From assembly GCA_016748015.1 (NCBI GenBank), contig JAAOMT010000326.1:42430-106429 (forward strand): a DNA stretch of 64,000 nucleotides. Direction: 5' to 3'. Positions 53,150-64,000 of this stretch are shown here, piece by piece. The notes under the pieces are model-generated. The model saw only the letters and a list, made by a program, of their open reading frames with translations. It did not search any database and was not told the DNA's origin. The stretch comes from Geosiphon pyriformis uo1. Lineage: Eukaryota > Fungi > Glomeromycota. The translations under genes were made by a program, and so were the position numbers. Positions within the stretch are counted from its first letter, which is position 1. Each line of letters begins with the position of its first letter.

Positions 53150-55874
53150 ATCAAGACTGGAGATACAATGCCAATTAAACAAAGAGCATACAGAATGCCA
53201 CCAGCCAGCCACAAGATTATTTGTCAAGAGATAAACCAAATGCTTGACAACGGACTAATTCAACCATTAATAAGCCTCTGGTCGTTATCAGTGGTACTTG
53301 TCCATAAGAAGAATAGCAAAATTCGATTTTGTATGAACTACAGAAAACTCAATGGCGTAATTTGTGAAGACAGCTATCCAACTCCACAAATACAGGAATT
53401 ATTTGATGCTTTCGGTGGGAACAAATAGTTCTCAACATTAGACTTAGACAGTAGTTACTGGCAAGTAGCCATGGATCCAGCCGACAAAGAGAAGACAGCA
53501 TTCACTACTAGAGAAGGGAATTTCAAATTTGAAGTGATGCCATTTGGCTTAACCAATACTTCAGCCACTTTCCAATGACTAATGGAAATTGTATATACTG
53601 GCTTATTATGGAAATCAGTAATTGTATACTTGAACGACACCAATGTATTCTCAAAAACATTTGATGATCATCTTCATCATCTTCAACAAGTGTTTGAAAG
53701 ACTAAGAAGAACAGAACTAAAGTTAAATGCAACAAAGTGCTTCTTTGACAAGACAGAACTAAAATTCTTGGAACACATAGTCAGCAAAGATGGCATCAAA
53801 ATGGATCCAGAGAAAATAGAGATAGTAAAAAACTTTCCAGTGCTGACCAATATGACAGAACTGAAATCATTCTTGGGATTCACCAGCTACTATTGACGTT
53901 TTATCAAGAACTTTTCTAAGATAGCACAGCCACTCAACCAACTGCAAACCAAGAATACAAAATATGAATGAACAGAAAGTTAACAAGAAGCTTTTGATAT
54001 TCTGAAAAGAAAGCTCATTCAAGCTCTGGTACTAATCTATCTAGATCACAGCAAACCATTCATCATTACCACTGATACATCTGGCTAAGTATTGGGAGCA
54101 GTACTATCTCAAAGAGGATCAGATGGCAAAGAACATCCAGTAGCATATGCCAGCCAAGATCTAACACCAGCCAAAAAAAACTATGGAACACCAGAACAAG
54201 AACACTTAGCAATCTATTGGGCAGTTTTGAAATAGAAAAAATACTTGAGCCAAAAGTTTGAGGTGTATACAGATCACAAAGGATTGACATCACTCCAAAA
54301 ACAAGAATTTGGAAACAGAAAACAGTCAAGATAGAAAATAGCACTTGTACCATATACTTATATTATACATTATAAAAAGAGAAAAGACAATGGAAATGCC
54401 GACAGTTTGTCACAAATAAGACAAATCTAAGAACATTTCAACCCAAAAATATAACAAAACCAAAACAATACCCACGAAAATATAACAAAAGATGAACACA
54501 CAAAAATATCAACAACTTCAACATTATATAGATACTCAACAATTCAAGGAGAAATTATCTCAACCAGAACAAAAGAGAATCAAACAACAATCCAAATATT
54601 TTATCATTCACCAAAATATACTTTATCAGAAAAATAGAAAAGATTCAGATCAACCAACCAGAGTAATTACAGAACCAGAAAAAGAGACAATACTGTTCAA
54701 CATGCACTTAGATCCAACTGCAGGACATTTTCATAAAGAAACAACCATGGAAAGAACCAGAAAGAGATACTATTGGCCATTAATATATCCAGAAATCATC
54801 CAATATGTGCAAAATTGTGATGCTTGTCAGTGAAAAAAAGGAACAAGACCCAGTGAATCATTAAGACCAATCAAAGTGGAACAACCATTTGACTGTATTG
54901 GAATTGATTTAGTCAGACCATTAACAATTACCAGCAGAAAAAACAGATACATAGCAGTAGCTATGGACTATCTTACTAAATGGCCAAAAGCAAAAGCAAT
55001 TCAAAGAGCAGATGCAGAATCCATTGCCAAATTCATTTATCAGAATTTGATTTGTTGACATGGATGTCCAAAAGAATTGTTATCAGACCAAAGAACGCAT
55101 TTTGTGAACAGAACATTAACAGAATTGAGCCAAAGATTCGGAATTAAGAGACCATTATCATTACCATACCATCTACAAACCAACAGATTAGTCAAAAAAT
55201 TCAACAGAATATTGTGTGAAGCAATAGCAAAACTCAGCCAAGAAAACCAGAACAATTGGGATTTGTTCATACCATTAGTATTATTTACTTATCAGACAAT
55301 GAGACAAGATACTACACAAGCAACACCATTTAAATTAGTGTATAGGAGAACAGCAATGTTACCAGTAGAGAGAGAAATTAATACATATCTAGTTGAACCA
55401 ATAACAGAAGAGAATTTTTAAGAAACATTGTGGAGAAGAACATATGACTTAATAGAAACATTGGAAAACAAAAAAAGAAAAGCAGCTGATAATATTCAAA
55501 AATCACAAGAAAAACAGAAAGAAAGACATGATAGTCAACTACCAGACAAACCAGTTAAATTCAAGATTAGAGACAAAGTACTCTTATATTGTACCAAAGC
55601 GGAAAAACAATGAAGTAGAAAATTTGACCCCAAATGGAACAGACCATTTCACATAGAAGAAATTCTAGGAAATAGAGCTTACAAATTGAGACTAGATAAC
55701 AAAATCTTAACCAAAGCAGCACATGGAGATTGACTGAAACCATATCACAACACCATATCACTCTCCATTAGTAATATTCCACAATTAGGAGTACAAAGAT
55801 TACTAGTCCGACTAGATAAGATTCCATGAGATCTGGAACCAATTATTATAATTGACAACAACACATGAAATTGA
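53150..55874 (+). pseudogene. pol: G reverse transcriptase, RNase H and integrase
   Basis: RFCMNYRKLN, YWQV, MPFGL, YLND (YLDD), FLGFTSYY; HPVAYAS; H..PTAGH..CDACQ, GIDLV, SDQRTHF. RT-RH-IN order defines Ty3/Gypsy. Confidence 0.96.
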
Positions 55875-56555
55875 TCCATCAAAAGAATATATAAAGACAT
55901 AGTAGATGTGACAGAAAATATCAGAAAAATGAAGATTACAGACAACATTCACTCATTAGCACAACTTTTTCAATTGATCCAACACCAAAAAATGAAAATT
56001 ACAATCAATTAACAAACCATTCGATATCAAAATACCAGAAAGATATTATAACACAGAAGACAGAAAATACCAGAAAATACCATTGACAAAATCATTGCAA
56101 AAGTAAAAGTGGCAATAAAAAAATTGACAAAAGAGTCAATATATCAAGAGTTAACCAAAGAAACTTGGAATTGGTGGATACAACAATTTCCAAGAAAATA
56201 TTGTTATTTTTACTTGGGACAATATGTGAATATTCAGAATTTATACACAAATAAAACAAAGCGGTTATTTGACACAACAATACTACAACAACTAGAACAT
56301 TTTGTGGGGAAAAACAACTTATCCACACAAGCTCGAGCTATATACCAAATACACACAGCATTCCAGGATTAACCAGAACTTTTACTCAGCAAAGCAATGG
56401 ATATGGTTACCAGTAATTAATTGGGAAAGATCACCAATGCTTAATTTGAAGAATTATAAACTCAAATAACACAAATAATTCTTAAAAACAAAATCTAGGA
56501 AATACTTCAAGAGGGAGAATTAAAAGAGTTGGATTTTGACAGAGCTCAATATTAA
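55875..56555 (+). pseudogene. G ORF3 (unknown helical protein, ~227 codons)
   Basis: Includes ORF 56109-56372 (WNWWIQQFPRKYCYFYLGQ..QARAIYQIH); ends ELDFDRAQY* in the PPT. Confidence 0.78.
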
Positions 56556-56565
56556 AAGGAGGAAA
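56554..56565 (+). promoter_or_regulatory. Polypurine tract of G
   Basis: AAAAGGAGGAAA 3 nt before the 3' LTR. Confidence 0.85.
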
Positions 56566-56568
56566 TAA

Positions 56569-57410
56569 TGTTACTTATAGAAATATAGGGAATAGAGATT
56601 AGCATAGCCAATCAGAAGTAGACATAGTAAAATGTGGAATTCCAGGATTCCTCTCAGGAATTACAGGATTTCAGGAATTACAGGATTCTTACAAGGAATT
56701 GCAAGATTCCAGAATTCTAGGATTCCTCTCAAAGGAATTGCAAGATTTCTGTTGTGAAGAATTGAGGAATTGAGGAATCTCAATTATGTATATATAGCAG
56801 TAGGATTAAAAGCTGAAAAGACAGACCTCTTAGTTTAGATTTAATCTAAGCAATTCTCCAAATCACAATCATCTAATAAATAACTATTTGTTATCTCAAA
56901 TCCATTTCTACTATCAACATAAAATGTTGATAGTAATTGACACTTAACCACACTGAAACAATAGCTCTTGATCATGGCTATTGATGGAATACTAACTTGC
57001 AAATTGCCTTGGCTTATTTCTTTTCTTTCTTTATTTTCTTTTCTTTTTTTATTTTCTTGCTTTGATTTTATTGTTGTTTACTAACTCTATTAAGAATTAA
57101 TGTGCGGGGCACTAATGTCAGAATAAACGTGACTGGTAAAAGACCCAGGAATAAGAGTAGAACACTCGATTGAAGATAGCTTACCAGGAGGAATACTGGC
57201 CATCAAGCTGAGAAAGAAATTGACAAAACTGCAGTTTTGAGAAGCTACAGATAAAACTATCACCATTGAATTTCTGTTTATTATACAAAGAACTCAACCA
57301 AAACCTTCAGATAACAATACCTTCAGATATTACCAACAACATTATATCAATTGAGCATCAAATTACGGGTTTGTTATTTGATTTGAGACTCCAAATAATC
57401 AACTATAACA
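56569..57410 (+). repeat. 3' LTR of G
   Basis: Same length as, and colinear with, 47324-48165. Confidence 0.97.
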
Positions 57411-60038
57411 CTGTTTATTTGAGATTGTCTTTCTCAAAACAAGATTGACAAAAAACTGAACATTTGAATACACTTTAGCCAAGCTAAGTTTCGACAAACT
57501 CTTAGAAGACAAAAAAATACCCAAATAATGCTAAGGTTCTCCTTTTTTGGCAACAGAAATAGGCAAGCCACTAACAGTCAGATAAGAGTTTGAAACCCAG
57601 CAGTTAATGAAGATGGCCACAGTCTTGTTATTATTTATAGAAATGTTATTAAACCTAAAGAATTCTCTAGCAATATTGAGGATGTATTGTGTAGTAGTTT
57701 GGCTACTACCAATCCAAATTGTATCATCGATAAAAGCATCAGCAATAAAAAATAATGTCAACCCAGTCTGAGATTCTGCCTGGTTAGACTTGAAGACAAA
57801 ATGAGAATTCAACCTGTAACTACACACACTCTTCTGCCTTTTAACCTCACATAGAAGCAAATCATAGAATATACACCAAAGAAAAAGTAAGAAAACTTCC
57901 TCTTGGTCTAACCCATTATGAACATGATACCCATCAGTTAAGCCAAAGTCTGTCATTACTTTGTTAACATGACCATTGTAAATACTACCAAAAAATCTAA
58001 TAAACTTGTCACACATCTTGATTTTAACCAAATTCCTCCTAAGACATTTCTAACCAACAGAGTCATAGGTCTTATACATGTTCTGCAAAACCAGTCACAG
58101 TTCTCAGTTTTTCTCCAAGGCATCTTTGACCACTGAGCCAATGGCAAAAATAGGCGATTGCATTGTTGTACCTCTCAAAACAAAGAAATTGTCTTCATGT
58201 AAAATATTATAAGTGCTGCAAGCTAAAGAAATCCTATCTGAAAGATCTTTGGAAAGGATTTTGTGAGCTGTTTCAATCAAAGCAATAAGACAGATATTCA
58301 TAAAAACACTTTCTCATTCATATGACTTAGAAATTATTAAAACCCAAGTTTCTCTTTAAGACCCAAATACTAATTCACAAATCAAACACAGATTCAAGAA
58401 CACCAAAAACATATCCAAAACTGAATTGTTACAGTGTTTCCACAATTCATTAGAGATGCCAGAAAGACCAGCTGCTTTCCCATCAAACAGATTTAAGACC
58501 ACAACAAACATATTATCAAAACCAATCAGACACATTACATTAGAAAATGCATTATTGAAAACATATTCCAAAGGCTGATATTGGTGAGTCCAATCATCAG
58601 AAATATCAAACACCATTTCACATTTCCTAGTCCAATTCTTCATAATCTCATCTATCTTAAATTTAACCAAATCAGGCTTTAAAACCAACTCATCACTTAC
58701 AACCAAATGATCTAACACCATCTTGCAAAAAAAATGCTCCAATACACTCCTGATGGTACAACCCTTATCTAATTCAAAACTTTCTATTCTACTGGTAATG
58801 GCCCACTTGATATAAGATTCTTTAGCATGCTTAAATTCTAGCAACTTGAAAAAACAGTAAGACTTCTTTGCTTTTGCCAGTCCAGAATGAATATCATCAA
58901 AAATAGAACCTAAAAGAAAAAGAGACTTTACTTCTGCTGTGCCATTAGAATCAAGCCTATCCCATATACTCAGCAACAAAGCAAAATCCTTACTTAAAAC
59001 CAAACAAGAAGCTTTCACCAGCCTAAATACCAACAATTCTAGCTTATAGAACTTAGAAGACAATTTGATAAAAACACTGTCATAATTTTTGAAACATTTC
59101 TTTTTAAATGTTCCATTGGCTGACAAAATCATAATTCTATAAACAATGTCTTACATTACATCCAGATCTGAAGACCTCTCAGCTACCACAAACACATCTG
59201 AAAACATAATAGCATTAGCAGCTGTAACATCTCTAAATTTGCATCACTTTCTTTCATCAGCACTTCTAATGTTAAACTTCTAACAATTCTTGTTCACCTG
59301 CTTACACTACAAGGACAGCTGAACATCCAACAAACCATCCAGACTTACAGAAACAGAAACAGCTACATAATCAGTATCAAAATAATCCACAATACTAGTC
59401 ATATTGTGACCTATTATCACATTGATTAAATTCAAAAAAACAAACACATAATCAATTGTCTTAGCAACATCACAAAAATTGCATTATATTGGTAACTTAG
59501 CAAATAAGCTTCTAGCTAAAGAGTTTATTAGACCCAAATCAAAGCATTTCCTGAAACTGGCACATTTACAAAAATCATTCTTATTAAAGTCACCATCAAG
59601 AATAACAAAAGAAGATTCATTCACAGTTTTTGCAATAAGAGAATTGATGTCAACAGTCTGAAAGAACTGAACTACCAAAGAAGCACCAGCATATAGCCCC
59701 AAGATCAATACAGAAAACTTATTCTTGAAAAGCAACTTGACAGAAAAAATTTAACTAGGCACTTCACAAACTTTGCACACATGACAAGCCAAAAAAATGT
59801 CCATAATAATAGCAATGCCTGAATCCAAGTAACCAGAATTCACACCAAAAGTAAAGACATGAACACTATCAAACTTGTTTATAATCTATGAATAGATTTT
59901 ATTTTTCAATTTAGTTTCAATAACAATAAAAATCAAATTGTTCATATTTTTATGCCAACAAATTATATTACCCTACTTTGCAGGATTGTTCATTCCCTTA
60001 ATATTGCAAGTGACAACTTTCCAAACCTTACTATTCAT
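57411..60038 (-). pseudogene. LINE copy 3 ORF2, N-terminal part (APE and RT)
   Basis: MNSKVWKVVTCN.., ILDGDFN, GKAAGLSGISNELWKH, IALIETAHKILS, GLDQEEV.., AFIDDTIW. Confidence 0.93.
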
Positions 60039-61836
60039 TAAGAAAGACGAAGAGTAGAAACTGAACCAGCATTGTCTTTTTTAGCCGAAAGGCTCATAAC
60101 TATGATTAAAAGATTATTCAATGTCTCTTCAATTCTCAAGATAACTGAAGAATTAACTACCACCACTCCTATAACAGTCTTACTACTAGTGGCCATATCT
60201 GAATCCTCACTTATTACTATATCTGCCCCCTAATTCTGTGATGAAGGAGTCATCAATGACTAATATTCAGAACTAAGCTGGGAAACTGTTGGCTCAAGTG
60301 TATCCAACTTCTTAGCCAGCTTATTAATACACTTTGTGAAGCTGGAAAGACTGTGCTCAAGAGCAACAAACTTATTATTTAAATTCAAAAACACCAATGA
60401 GATAGGTTTTATCTTTGAAAAAGAGCCAGCATTTAATAAAACATTCTAAACAGAAAGAAAAGAGAAAGAAGACCCACCAGCAATTTGTGCCTATAAGACA
60501 CCACTAAAAGAAACAGAATAAGCAACTGGAGCTGAGCATTTAGCATAAATGGTAGCCAGCCTGTTTTTATCAGAATCTGAAAGAGTTTTTTATAATAAAG
60601 CACCAGAAGAAACATCTTTCTTCTCACCAACAGGACAAGTCAAAGATATATAGCCTAATTTCCCACACCCAGTATACTTAGCTAGAACAAAACAAAACCA
60701 TTATAAATTGGCTCTTTTTAGAACAAGTGTGGTCTTCATGACAGCATCCAATGACTCAGCAGAATCAAAACAGACAGCAATACATCTGGTCCAGGCATAA
60801 AAAACTGGATAATAGTCAATAATACAAGTTTTCTCACCCACTAAAGTAATGTAGTTCCAAATATTATGTGTGTTGGTCTCCATTGGCAGAGTGTATAAAA
60901 AAGCTTTGTAAACATCTCTTGCATTCTATGATTCTTTGTCTACATCAGATCTAGCAACATGCACCATATTTTTTCCAATTAGGATAGACTATTTTGCTGT
61001 GACTAAATCAGCATGATCAACCTGTTCAAATTCAACCACTGCTTTTTGCCACAGCCCTACCAATTGCATTTTGATTGACTTAATTATTCCAAACTCAGAT
61101 AACACAGCATGCACAGTCTTAGTTGAAGTTCTAATTGGAATTTCTTTCAACACTACAGCCTGATCCAAATGTTCAGATGATTTTTTGAGATTAGTATTTA
61201 CCAAAATCTTTGCTTCTTCAGCTTTTTTAGAAGTCTGCACCAAACTTAATTCAGAAGTGAATGTCACTTTAATGATCCCAACAAATTTTGAGAGAGTAGA
61301 GGCCCCTCCTCTCCAAAACTATTGATTTTTGAAAACAACTTTTTGACCACTTGAAGCTTTTTTTGAGAGAATTTTCTAATTATTTTGTTCAACCCAATAT
61401 TCAAAGCAAAAGATTTGTGAACAAAAATATTGACCAGATTTTTTAAAGGTGGGAGGAGTTTTAATGAAGTGTTCAAAAGAATATTATCTTTATCACCACT
61501 TAATAAAAAATTAATTTTTCCCAATGGCTTACCTAATGCTTTTTTGGTTTTGATCTTTGAACCAGTAGGTGTTTGATTAGAATCTCTTTCAGCAAAAGCA
61601 CTGCTTTTACCATAATTGAAACTGGTCTCTTCCACCAGACATTTCTCCTTCATATTGATACTTTCAGATTCAGTGGTATCACCAGTTTTTAAACTCCATA
61701 AGCAACTATTCTAAACTTTAGGACCAATATTTTTATTACCAGAACCATTTTCTAAAACACCACTTCTCTTTTTTTTCTTTAGAAGAACAGATCTGAAGCT
61801 ATTACTAGAACCAGAAACTTTAATAGCCTTCTTCAT
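60035..61836 (-). pseudogene. LINE copy 3 ORF1
   Basis: ATG at 61836 (MKKAIKVSGS); RRM-like VVLKEIP..VLSEFG.IKSIKMQLVGLWQKAVVEF; knuckle remnant ~60635-60680. Confidence 0.85.
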
Positions 61837-62925
61837 AACAGCAATACTACAATCAATGATGATATCATAGTCAAGAATAAAAAGTTTAAATTTATTGTAC
61901 TGAATTGTAAAAACTTTTTTCAGAAACTTTTTGACTTTTTTTTTTTAGGAATTTGGGATGAAAAAGAAAAATAAGTTTTTTTTTTGTTTTTTAATTAATA
62001 TTAATATTTAAAAAAAATTTTATCTTTTTTGCAAAATTAGTTTTTAAATTATTTAATACAAATATTATCTAAAAGTATTTTTAAAATTAAATTTATCTTA
62101 TTATCTAAGTTTTTAATATTTTTAACTAAAACTTTAAATTTTTGTGTAAAAATATTATTTATAAAACCATAAATAGTTCTATTTATTGACTTTTTTTAAT
62201 TATAGTATTATTAATAATAGCTATTATATTTAAGTCAAAAAATTATTATCTTGTAAAATAGTAATAGAAATATAACAAAAACAGAATTTTTTTTAAAAAC
62301 TGATTTTTTACTTTTTTAAAAATAATTTGATTTAAAATTAAATAATAAAAAATAATAAATTTATTTAATAAAAATAAAATTAATTAATTAATAATTTTGT
62401 AAAAATATAAAGTATTAATATAAAAGTAAAAAAAAAGTATTAAAGCTTAAATATATAATGTTTAAAATAAAAATTAAATTAGTATTTAAATAAAAAGTTG
62501 CTAAAAACATAAATAAAATAAAAACAAATAGGTTTTTTAATTTATATAGCTTAATATAAGTTTAAATTATTGGTTATATATAAAAAATGTGTAAGTAATA
62601 TTTTTGTTATATATTTTAAGTTTTAATTAAATTATATTTAATTAATACATAAAAAATAACATTATTAAATTTGTTTTATTTATAAATTAAATATATAAAC
62701 TTTTATTTCATAAGTTTAAAATTAATATAAAGTTACATATATATATGCAAAATAATATTAAAAATATATTTAATTTTCCAATTTTAAAACTTACCATTAT
62801 TTTTATTTTAAATTATGAACCGAATTTTATTCAATATTAAATATATAAAACAATAAGAATGTTATTTTAACAAAACAAAAATAATTTAATGAATATTGCA
62901 CAATANNNNNNNNNNNNNNNNNNNN

Positions 62926-63400
62926 GAAGAGTTGAAGAAGAATCTGAGAGAGAAGGAGGATGTAGACGAAAAGCAAAGGAAGAAGTGGATAGAAGAAAAG
63001 GAAGAGTTGCAAGAAGAAGTGAAAGAGCTAAAAAAGAGTAAAGATAGATGGGAGTTGCAGATTGAAAAATTACAAGATCACTTTATAGAAACTAATAAGA
63101 CAGGTAACGACTTCGTAACTTGAGACATAGAGTAGAGCTTAACAAATTTGTAAATCAGTTTTCCATCCATAACTATTCATTCATTTTGTAATTACATGCG
63201 TTTTATGGAAGGAATGTCCATATTTAAGAGAATATTTGGTGTATAACGCCTATTTCTTTCTATTTTCTATGGTTATTCTAGAACACCTTGCGAAGCGTGT
63301 TAGACTTGACATCCCTGACAACACCTTATCATTTCTACAACTTCTCTGTCCTCCCTTCGATGAACCAATCACACGCAGCAATCTTGAACACTGTTTTACC
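62926..63400 (+). CDS. Partial host gene copy 1: coiled-coil exon (to 63103), intron 63104-63281, exon 2 from 63282; both ends in gaps
   Basis: E/K-rich frame ends ACAG|GTAACG; acceptor TTCTAG| restores the frame (..TNKT-E-HLAKRVRLDIPDN..); CpGs retained. Confidence 0.65.
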
Positions 63401-63555
63401 NNNNNNNNNNNNNNNNNNNNTATAGGCATACGGCAGGGTTATAGCGGGTTTGTTACCTAAATACTGATAAATCAAAGATCTGAAACGTCATTGACACGAA
63501 CCAAACATATATTAGGTCCATATCTTCCCAAACCATAACAAACACGCAAAACACC

Positions 63556-63844
63556 ATGGCTAGTGTCGACAGAGTCGAACGTGAATTAGAAGACGTTAAG
63601 ACCGAGTATAGGAGATGCGTGGAGGAGCTGAAGGAGTTTAGGAAGGGTGAGAAGGGAGATAGATTAGAAGAGTTGAAGAGGAACCTGAGAGTAAAAAAGT
63701 GGACGGATACTGATGAAAAAGAGGCATGGATAGAAGAAAAGGAAGATCTGGAAAAGCAAGAAAAAAAGCTGGAGGCGAGCAAAGATAGATGGGAGTTGCA
63801 GATGGAAAAATTACAAGATCACTTTATAGAAACTAATAAGACAG
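63556..63844 (+). CDS. Host gene copy 2, exon 1 (coiled-coil N-terminus); intron from 63845 runs off the window
   Basis: ACCATGG start, 96 E/K-rich codons, ACAG|GTAATG donor; paralogous to copy 1. Confidence 0.72.
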
Positions 63845-64000
63845 GTAATGACTTCGTAACTTGAGACATAGAGTAGAGCTTAACAAATTTGTAAATCAGT
63901 TTTCCATCCATAACTATTCATTCATTTTGTAATTACATGCGTTTTATGGAAGGAATGTCCATATTTAAGAGAATATTTGGTGTATAACGCCTATTTCTTT

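Larger units (their letters stand above)
47324..57410 (+). mobile_element. Ty3/Gypsy element G, full length, least eroded copy
   Basis: Two 842-bp LTRs; TSD CTGT (47320-47323 and 57411-57414); PBS 48168-48185; PPT 56554-56565. Confidence 0.97.
45138..61900 (-). mobile_element. LINE copy 3, essentially full length (~6.7 kb), split by G
   Basis: Poly(A) tail (T run 45138-45157), 3' UTR, ORF2 45278-47323 plus 57411-60038, ORF1 60035-61836. Confidence 0.93.

Noticed and set aside
55700-56555. Chromodomain or env gene after integrase
   Set aside because: No chromodomain motif (e.g. Y.VKW.G), signal peptide or transmembrane segment is visible.
47324-57410. APOBEC-style editing during reverse transcription as the source of hypermutation
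   Set aside because: That gives strand-biased G>A changes; here both C>T and G>A occur, sister LTRs differ both ways, and LINEs are equally affected.
57266-57448. ORF within LTR U5
   Set aside because: No ATG start, no evidence of codon-level conservation, and D and E have different U5 sequence.

Overview
Very AT-rich eukaryotic repeat block with N gaps, almost entirely decayed retrotransposons. The protein remnants resemble Glomeromycotina elements (Geosiphon-like); this organism call is inference from recall, not a search. Four non-LTR (LINE) elements, all on the minus strand (ORF1 with CCHC knuckle; ORF2 APE-RT-RNase H-Cys motif), form the backbone. Into them are inserted Ty3/Gypsy LTR elements: four with both LTRs (here C 13638-43698 +, D 17598-37367 -, E 18479-28352 -, G 47324-57410 +), one running off the left edge (A), and solo or partial LTRs. 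C, D and E are nested inside one LINE and each is bounded by a 4-bp target-site duplication (TSD). The four full elements share an unusual layout: long N-terminal Gag extension apparently starting at a conserved GUG, then CA, Zn-knuckle, Q/P/Y-rich linker, protease, a ~220-aa Cys-rich domain, a five-motif dUTPase, a second degenerate dUTPase-like domain, RT, RNase H, integrase (no chromodomain) and a separate ~225-aa non-Env ORF3 ending at the PPT. All repeats carry heavy C>T/G>A hypermutation on both strands. The last ~1.1 kb holds two copies of an intron-containing, CpG-retaining host gene with a coiled-coil first exon. No rRNA, tRNA or CRISPR is supported. Coordinates were read by eye; LTR ends and TSDs are good to a base or two, domain limits are approximate.
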